A stretch of DNA of 64,000 nt from Marispirochaeta sp. (lineage in GTDB: Bacteria; Spirochaetota; Spirochaetia; JC444; Marispirochaetaceae). The notes beneath the pieces are model-generated. The model had not been told where the DNA came from. It searched no databases and saw nothing but the letters and a program-made list of their open reading frames with translations. Positions 58,326 to 64,000 of this stretch are shown here, one piece after another. The translations under genes and the position numbers were made by a program. Position 1 is the first letter of the stretch. The number at the start of each line of letters is the position of its first letter. Where the stretch lies: positions 224,001 to 288,000 of the forward strand of contig CAXXFF010000001.1 in the NCBI GenBank assembly GCA_963676835.2. The letters are read 5' to 3'.

Positions 58326-58361
58326 AAAAAAAAGATACCCCCTCCAGAAAGAGGGGGTATC
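58326..58361 (-). terminator. Strong intrinsic terminator directly after cfpA
   Basis: 11-bp stem GATACCCCCTC/GAGGGGGTATC followed by T8. Confidence 0.85.
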
Positions 58362-58375
58362 ACTGAAATACTAAC

Positions 58376-60436
58376 TTATATAGTTGTCAATCCGGAATCT
58401 TTAGATTTGGATTTCCTGGGGCGTCCTCTGCGTCCGGGTTTCTTTTTCGCCGGTGCATCTACAACACCTTTTGACTTTGCTCTGCCCTTTGCAGGAGCAG
58501 TTGTCTTAGGCTCGGAAACCGCAGCGGGCTCCGAGTCACTGTTGAGCATATCAAGATACGCCATACCAGCGCTCTGTTCGCCAGCAGGATCATCTTCTCC
58601 ACCAAGACCGGAAGCAAAGTGCATATCGATGTCTTCCCGTACAGTTGATCGACGTCTTGAGAAGGCTGCGAAAGCTGCGTCCTGGAATCCCTTGGAAACA
58701 CCATGGAGGAACTCGTTCAGAACGTTAGCCATACCATCGAGGGTTGCTTTTTTGCGCTTGATTGAGGTGATATCCACATCAAGAAGCAGACCGGGCTGAA
58801 TATGGTAGGGGTTGATCATGTAGTCGAACTTATTGAATTCCTTCTCCAGGAACTGGAGGCGGTCTTCCATAACGCGTCGCTGTACCGGATAACGGAAACC
58901 ATACATATCCTGAAGCTTGTTCTTCATCAGAATAAGGCGGTTTTTGATCTTGTCCTTCTCGAAGACATATGTTCTGTTCATCTTCTCTACCTGAGTCTCT
59001 GCAGGCTGAACAAAGGAGATCTCGTCCCAGCTCTTTTCGATATCTTCGTATACGGGATCGCCGGTTTTTGTCTTGATCTTCTTGCGGATCTTTGTTTTGT
59101 AGATTGCCGCAAGGTCATTGAAGTCAGATATCCGTTTCCAGAACTTGCTGTCTTCATAAACCATATCCAGAACATCCCAGATGTGCTGAACCTCAACCTC
59201 GAGGGATTTAACCATTACGTCATATGCCTTCCGCTCTTCGATGAGCTGGGCATTATCGTAATACTTCATGCGTATCTGGTACCGCTCATCGGGAAGATGC
59301 TGAGTATCAGTATCCTCATATTCGCGGAGAACCATTTCGCGGGTGTTCTTAAGGTTTTCGATATACTGATAACCCATTTTTGAGGTATCAAGTATTGAGG
59401 TAATAGAGTTAATGGCAGTGTTGTATCCGCGGTTACGGATATTTTCAATGTCGATAATCTCTTTCAGGTTTTCCCGGATATTGAGCTGATCAAAAGATTC
59501 AGGATCAATTTCCGCGCGAAGACCTTCGATTCTTTCCATCAGGCTCTTTGCGAAGTACCGGTACCTGTTTGACTTGGGATTTTCCTTGTCATCAGATGTG
59601 TGATTTTCAACCCTCTTCATCTTCTCAAAGATGATTTCGCTGTCGTTCAGCTCATCAAGACCCTCATCGATCCGCTGATCCTTCAGCAGTTCAATCTCCT
59701 TATCAATATTATCCATAATATGTTTGGAGATCAGGTCCTTGATCAGGTACTCAACGGTAACCTGATAGTGAAAGATGGGGCTGATAAGTTCTGAGTCGAG
59801 TATATTTACAGAGAGTTTAACATCGCATACTGTTTTTGGTTTGTGCAGGTTATCCTTAAAAGAACACTTTACAATTGAGTAAGCATTCTCTCCGCGAATA
59901 AACGCACCAACATCCGTTTTCTGCCGCAGCAGAGAGTTGGTGAGGTTTTCGAGATCGTTCACACCGCGCTGTATGTGTCCCTGAAGGTGCCCATACATAT
60001 TAACGATGGATTTCTCAATCTCACCGGTGTTGAACCGGTCTGTACCGCCTACTTCATCAAGAAGTGCGGCTATTTCTTTCGGGGTGTACCTGGTAAGTAC
60101 CTTCATCTCCTCGCGGTCAATGAAATTTCTTACCTTTTTAACCATTTCGTCTTCAGCAGTGACGATATAACGGTTGAACATGTTCTGGTAGTTCTGGTTG
60201 AAATAGTTATAGACTTTCTCTTTCAGCCCGCCCATTACGTCAAGGCGTTCGAGAACTTCCTTTGGCAGTTTTGCTTGAACATGGTTCATGACCTTGTCGA
60301 CTTCTTCTTCAAGAAGCCTGTCTACTTCAGCCTGCTGATCCCGGCTTTCCTGGGCGAGGGAGTTTCTTGAACCCACGGCACTTCGCTTTTCCGGGTGAAA
60401 AACCATCGGACTCTTTGGTAGATCTATGCTTCCCAT
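58376..60436 (-). CDS. cfpA: Cytoplasmic filament protein A
   Basis: N-terminus [29 protein letters not shown] closely resembles treponemal CfpA as recalled; ~79 kDa coiled-coil-rich protein; strong AAGGAG RBS. Confidence 0.92.
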   Translation of the reverse strand: MGSIDLPKSPMVFHPEKRSAVGSRNSLAQESRDQQAEVDRLLEEEVDKVMNHVQAKLPKEVLERLDVMGGLKEKVYNYFNQNYQNMFNRYIVTAEDEMVKKVRNFIDREEMKVLTRYTPKEIAALLDEVGGTDRFNTGEIEKSIVNMYGHLQGHIQRGVNDLENLTNSLLRQKTDVGAFIRGENAYSIVKCSFKDNLHKPKTVCDVKLSVNILDSELISPIFHYQVTVEYLIKDLISKHIMDNIDKEIELLKDQRIDEGLDELNDSEIIFEKMKRVENHTSDDKENPKSNRYRYFAKSLMERIEGLRAEIDPESFDQLNIRENLKEIIDIENIRNRGYNTAINSITSILDTSKMGYQYIENLKNTREMVLREYEDTDTQHLPDERYQIRMKYYDNAQLIEERKAYDVMVKSLEVEVQHIWDVLDMVYEDSKFWKRISDFNDLAAIYKTKIRKKIKTKTGDPVYEDIEKSWDEISFVQPAETQVEKMNRTYVFEKDKIKNRLILMKNKLQDMYGFRYPVQRRVMEDRLQFLEKEFNKFDYMINPYHIQPGLLLDVDITSIKRKKATLDGMANVLNEFLHGVSKGFQDAAFAAFSRRRSTVREDIDMHFASGLGGEDDPAGEQSAGMAYLDMLNSDSEPAAVSEPKTTAPAKGRAKSKGVVDAPAKKKPGRRGRPRKSKSKDSGLTTI

Positions 60437-60468
60437 GCTACTCTCCTTACATCATTGTTCCTTATAAG

Positions 60469-60556
60469 ATTATCAACATGGGAAGAAAAATGTAAAGCAT
60501 GTTTTTTTTTTTTTTTATTTTTTGCCCTTTGTATACCTTTCCCGCCATGGTACTAT
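60469..60556. promoter_or_regulatory. Back-to-back sigma70-like promoters (cfpA / vWA gene) flanking a T15 tract
   Basis: Minus strand TTTACA-16-GATAAT; plus strand TTGTAT-16-TACTAT with extended TG; T15-A-T6 at 60502-60523 lies between them. Confidence 0.5.
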
Positions 60557-60603
60557 CTAAATAAGGACACAAAACAATCCCTGTTTAGAAGAAAAAGATA
60601 GAT

Positions 60604-62010
60604 ATGAAACAGAAAATTTCCAAAACATCCATTTTTGCCGTTTTTTTTATAATTCTGGTCTGCGTTACAGCTTCGCCCCTTTTCAGCGATGAACGCACGG
60701 AGAATATCGACGTTTTCCTTGTTCTCGACAAGTCCCTCAGCATGGTCGAAGAAATTGATTCAGTTGCCGACTACGTAGTGCAGGAACTTATCGAATCTAC
60801 CCTTATACCGGGAGATTTCTTTCTTGTTATCCAGTTCTACGGCCAGGCGGAAACTCTAGTGACCAGGAATATCACAGATACTGTCTCTTCCAAAACAGAA
60901 GTAGAAGACATTATCCGCACAATAGAGGCAGACGGCCATTTTACCGATATAGGTAACGCCCTGGACACACTGCGTTCGACACTTTCAAACTATCAGGACA
61001 GGGACAAACGCCGCTATATGCTGCTCATTACCGACGGAAAACAGGAAGCACCGCCACAGAGCATCTACTACAGCCCCGACGGGACCTTTAACCACGAATT
61101 CCTCGAGAACAGCAAGGTTATTCAGAAACAGGGCTGGAAGATTCATATTCTCGGAATAGGTGCCGGAACCTCTGCAAAAGAGCTTGCTGAAAACCTCAGC
61201 GCCACCTACTCGGAGGTTCCGGAAAACCCCGACGCCGAAGATCTTGCGGGAAGCACGGAAGATCTTCTCGGTATAATAGAAGCCGCTGCACCCGGATCGA
61301 TAGGTGCATTCAGTAAAAAAGGGAAAGCAAATATTAATCTGAGTCTGACAAGCAGCGGATATAACGAAGCGAAAACAGTACGCATTAAAAATCTGTATGT
61401 AACCTGGCAAGGTGTAGAATATCCGGCGGCTTCCGAAATCTCTATTGAAGTTCCCGCCGAAGGGAGTGTCACAGAGACAGTTAATCTGGAGCTTGAGCAC
61501 TATTCCGAGACCAACGGAAGGCTGGCTGCCGGGAACATTGAACTGCGGGCGGAATTCTACCCCGGGCCAGTATTTACCCCGGCCATAATAACTATTCCTG
61601 TCTCTCCGGTCAGCTTCTTTGGGCGTTTCTGGCCGCTGCTGCTTGCATTACTGCTGGTACTTCTTATAATTACTCTTATTGTCGTGCTTATAATCCGGGG
61701 CACATTCTCCAAAACCGGCATAGAAATTGAAGTTGATTTTGAGGAGACCGGGGAGAAGAAATTTTTTACCCTCGGAGAGAAAACACTGCTTTTCATATCT
61801 GAAGGAATCAACGGCATCAGTGTTGCAGCGAGGAAAACCGGCGAATTACTGGCTACCCTGCATACGGAGGGCGACCAGCTGATTATGATGCCGGAAAAGG
61901 ATGATGTACTGCTTGGCGGCCCAGTCAAAGGAAATATATTCGGCAGGAATCTTAAAATCAGGGACCGGTATGGAAAGTTCAAGGGACTTTTATTCAGCCG
62001 GAAAAGCTGA
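60604..62010 (+). CDS. Membrane-anchored vWA-domain protein
   Basis: Signal peptide, MIDAS DKSLS plus ITDG, beta-rich segment, TM (FWPLLLALLLVLLIITLIVVLII) and a C-terminal domain. Confidence 0.8.
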   Translation: MKQKISKTSIFAVFFIILVCVTASPLFSDERTENIDVFLVLDKSLSMVEEIDSVADYVVQELIESTLIPGDFFLVIQFYGQAETLVTRNITDTVSSKTEVEDIIRTIEADGHFTDIGNALDTLRSTLSNYQDRDKRRYMLLITDGKQEAPPQSIYYSPDGTFNHEFLENSKVIQKQGWKIHILGIGAGTSAKELAENLSATYSEVPENPDAEDLAGSTEDLLGIIEAAAPGSIGAFSKKGKANINLSLTSSGYNEAKTVRIKNLYVTWQGVEYPAASEISIEVPAEGSVTETVNLELEHYSETNGRLAAGNIELRAEFYPGPVFTPAIITIPVSPVSFFGRFWPLLLALLLVLLIITLIVVLIIRGTFSKTGIEIEVDFEETGEKKFFTLGEKTLLFISEGINGISVAARKTGELLATLHTEGDQLIMMPEKDDVLLGGPVKGNIFGRNLKIRDRYGKFKGLLFSRKS

Positions 62011-62033
62011 GACAGGTCTGGTACAGGGAGATA

Positions 62034-63011
62034 ATGAATTTTCCACAGTTTGATCAGCTAATACATTCCTGTGATGAATTCATTCTTACCTGTCACGAAA
62101 CCCCGGACGGTGATGCAATTGGCAGCGAAATAGCCCTCTACCATGGGCTGAAACAGCTGGGAAAAAATGTAAGAATAATCAACAATGATCCGGCACCGGA
62201 TAAATACTCTTTTCTCTATAACAAAGAGACCATTGAAATTGCCTCCGACTTAAAAAGCATAGATCCCTCAGGTGCGGTAGTAATCATTCTCGATACGAAC
62301 GATATCAACAATACTGGCCTTGTGGGACGGGAAATTCTTCCCCGGGCATCCGGCTACTTTATAATAGACCACCATGAAAGTGGAACTGACATTGCAACGG
62401 GCAAACTTATCGAGGTCGATGCATCATCAACCTGCGAAATTCTTTTCAGGCTTATTTCCGACCTGGATATCGATTTGACTGAAATTATGGCCCAGGCCCT
62501 GTACACGGGTATTATCTATGACACAGGCTGTTTTGTTTACCCGAAAACAACGGCCTACACTTTTCAGGCAGCCAGAAAGCTGGTGGAAGCCGGAGCAAAA
62601 CCCTATGACATGTATTCTGCAATCTATGAGAGCAACTCAGTGTCATCCCTCAAGCTTCAGTCAAAGGTGCTTGCTACCCTGGAACTGTTTTATAATCAGC
62701 AGGTTGCAGTTCAGGTTATGGAAAAAAATGTCCTCCAGGAGACCGGCGCACAATACGAAGAAGCTGATTCACTTATCAATATACCCCTTAGATCAGGACG
62801 GATAAAAGTCAGCCTCTTTTTCAAGGAAAACCAGGAAGGACTGCTCCGCTGCTCTCTCAGATCAAAAGGCAATATCAACGTGGCGGCAATTGCTCAAAAA
62901 TATGGCGGCGGAGGACACAGAACCGCCGCGGGATTTAAATCCCCCTCCCCCCTGGCTCAGATTAAGGAGATGGTACTTACGGATCTTTCAGAGTATTTCG
63001 ATACTTTGTAA
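62034..63011 (+). CDS. nrnA: DHH/DHHA1 phosphoesterase (bifunctional oligoribonuclease/PAP phosphatase)
   Basis: HETPDGDAIGS, LDT, IDHH, GIIYDTG and GGGGHRTAAG motifs. Confidence 0.93.
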   Translation: MNFPQFDQLIHSCDEFILTCHETPDGDAIGSEIALYHGLKQLGKNVRIINNDPAPDKYSFLYNKETIEIASDLKSIDPSGAVVIILDTNDINNTGLVGREILPRASGYFIIDHHESGTDIATGKLIEVDASSTCEILFRLISDLDIDLTEIMAQALYTGIIYDTGCFVYPKTTAYTFQAARKLVEAGAKPYDMYSAIYESNSVSSLKLQSKVLATLELFYNQQVAVQVMEKNVLQETGAQYEEADSLINIPLRSGRIKVSLFFKENQEGLLRCSLRSKGNINVAAIAQKYGGGGHRTAAGFKSPSPLAQIKEMVLTDLSEYFDTL

Positions 63012-63103
63012 GGGCTCTTCATAAGGTCTATTTTTAAGGTCCACCCACAATAAACAGACTGATAATTGCCGGGGTTCGTATTTTAGGCTACAATCCCATC
63101 AAT

Positions 63104-64000
63104 ATGAAATACTTCGTGCTGAGTCTGCTGCTTTGTTCCCTTTTTATCTTCTCAGGTTGTCCGGAAGATGACGGGGCAATAGAAATCCTGTCAGAACCTG
63201 TTATAGTCACCACCACCGGCAGAACCGGCGCTGATAATAATCTCTCTGAAGCCTATTCAAATGAAGAGGAAGAAATCCAACCCAAGATTGATCTTTCCCG
63301 AGACAGTTCGATCATTCAGATTGTTAATGAAAATCTCGACATTGATCAGATAGAAGAACAGATAATTGCCTACCGCCCGGGGGACCTCCCGGGAACCCCC
63401 ATTCACCTCCTGGTTGCTGATTATGACGCAATACAGGACAGTTATTTTCCTGCCTGGGAAACAGTTCTGGATATTACCAACGGCATGAGCTTTGCCCTCA
63501 GTTTTATTGACCTGGTCGGGGACCATATACCGGAAATAGTCTGTACCGGCACCGATTCCGAAACCGGCAGCCAGTTGATGCGGGTCTATCGAAAGAGTAT
63601 AAGTCCCTCCGGTTTCGGCCTCTTTTTTTCTGAGGTTTGCAGCTTGTCAGTTCATGGATCCATACAGATAACCCAGATGGAACGGGATCAGGCATATTTC
63701 AACGGTCAGAAAAACGGAAAAAGCTTTCCCATTGTAACCCATGAGCAGGACAGGGATTCCTCGAATTTAAGCGACCTTATAAAAACAACCTACTACTGGC
63801 GCTATCAGGACAACGCTTATGTACAGGTTATGCGGGAAAAGGTGTATGGAGAAAAGATCGAAGACGAACGGCTGAGTCAGTTGTTCCGTTCCGGTGAAAA
63901 GGAATTTGAAGATTTTCTGCAGGGCCCATGGTTGAAATCTACTCAGGATTCCAGCGGCAGGGTATCCCGGTCCATCCTCTACTTCGACCGCAGTGAGGAC
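63104..64000 (+). CDS. Lipoprotein, probable pallilysin-related adhesin family (runs off window)
   Basis: Not in the ORF track because the window contains no stop. Manual translation MKYFVLSLLLCSLFIFSG-C (lipobox)...NLDIDQIEEQII...DLVGDHIPEIV; context near cfpA/vWA resembles the recalled treponemal locus. Confidence 0.65.
   Translation, partial: MKYFVLSLLLCSLFIFSGCPEDDGAIEILSEPVIVTTTGRTGADNNLSEAYSNEEEEIQPKIDLSRDSSIIQIVNENLDIDQIEEQIIAYRPGDLPGTPIHLLVADYDAIQDSYFPAWETVLDITNGMSFALSFIDLVGDHIPEIVCTGTDSETGSQLMRVYRKSISPSGFGLFFSEVCSLSVHGSIQITQMERDQAYFNGQKNGKSFPIVTHEQDRDSSNLSDLIKTTYYWRYQDNAYVQVMREKVYGEKIEDERLSQLFRSGEKEFEDFLQGPWLKSTQDSSGRVSRSILYFDRSED

Noticed and set aside
1..64000. CRISPR arrays, IS elements, prophage, toxin-antitoxin or defence genes
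   Set aside because: I recognised no repeat-spacer arrays, transposase or integrase motifs, or phage genes; almost all sequence is explained by housekeeping CDS.

Overview
Core chromosomal segment of a spirochaete, probably Spirochaetaceae and free-living or commensal. The assignment is inferred from cfpA, a ~900-aa GreA, NusA with a C-terminal Zn ribbon and Borrelia/Treponema-like gene order. Contents in order: carB (partial)/carA, tRNA-Glu/tRNA-Gln, apt, a TPR-greA-vWA cluster, and a ~26 kb minus-strand run (tamB-bamA-skp-mutS-comF-rimP-nusA-infB-rbfA-truB-rpsO-pnp-dut-lptF-lptG-tgt-murJ-HEAT). Then tmk, yebC-ruvCAB-queA, a split hemW, a signal-peptidase-I homolog lacking both catalytic residues, smpB-ssrA, an aldo/keto reductase, an unusual beta-helix + MipA-like barrel protein, purB-guaB-purA-guaA, a TPR protein, the cfpA locus, and vWA-nrnA-pallilysin-like lipoprotein. 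No CRISPR array, IS or prophage was seen. Best candidate for an undescribed system (inference from manual motif comparison, not tested): cfpA is followed by a protein with an HPr-like His-bearing C-terminal domain and then a PPDK homolog. That homolog has lost key ATP-grasp residues but keeps the phospho-His and PEP-binding residues. Together they suggest a PEP-driven, PTS-like phosphorelay coupled to the cytoplasmic filament, with AT-hook-like RGRP motifs in both CfpA and the HPr-like protein. Reference residue numbers and ortholog locus tags are recalled from memory and need checking.
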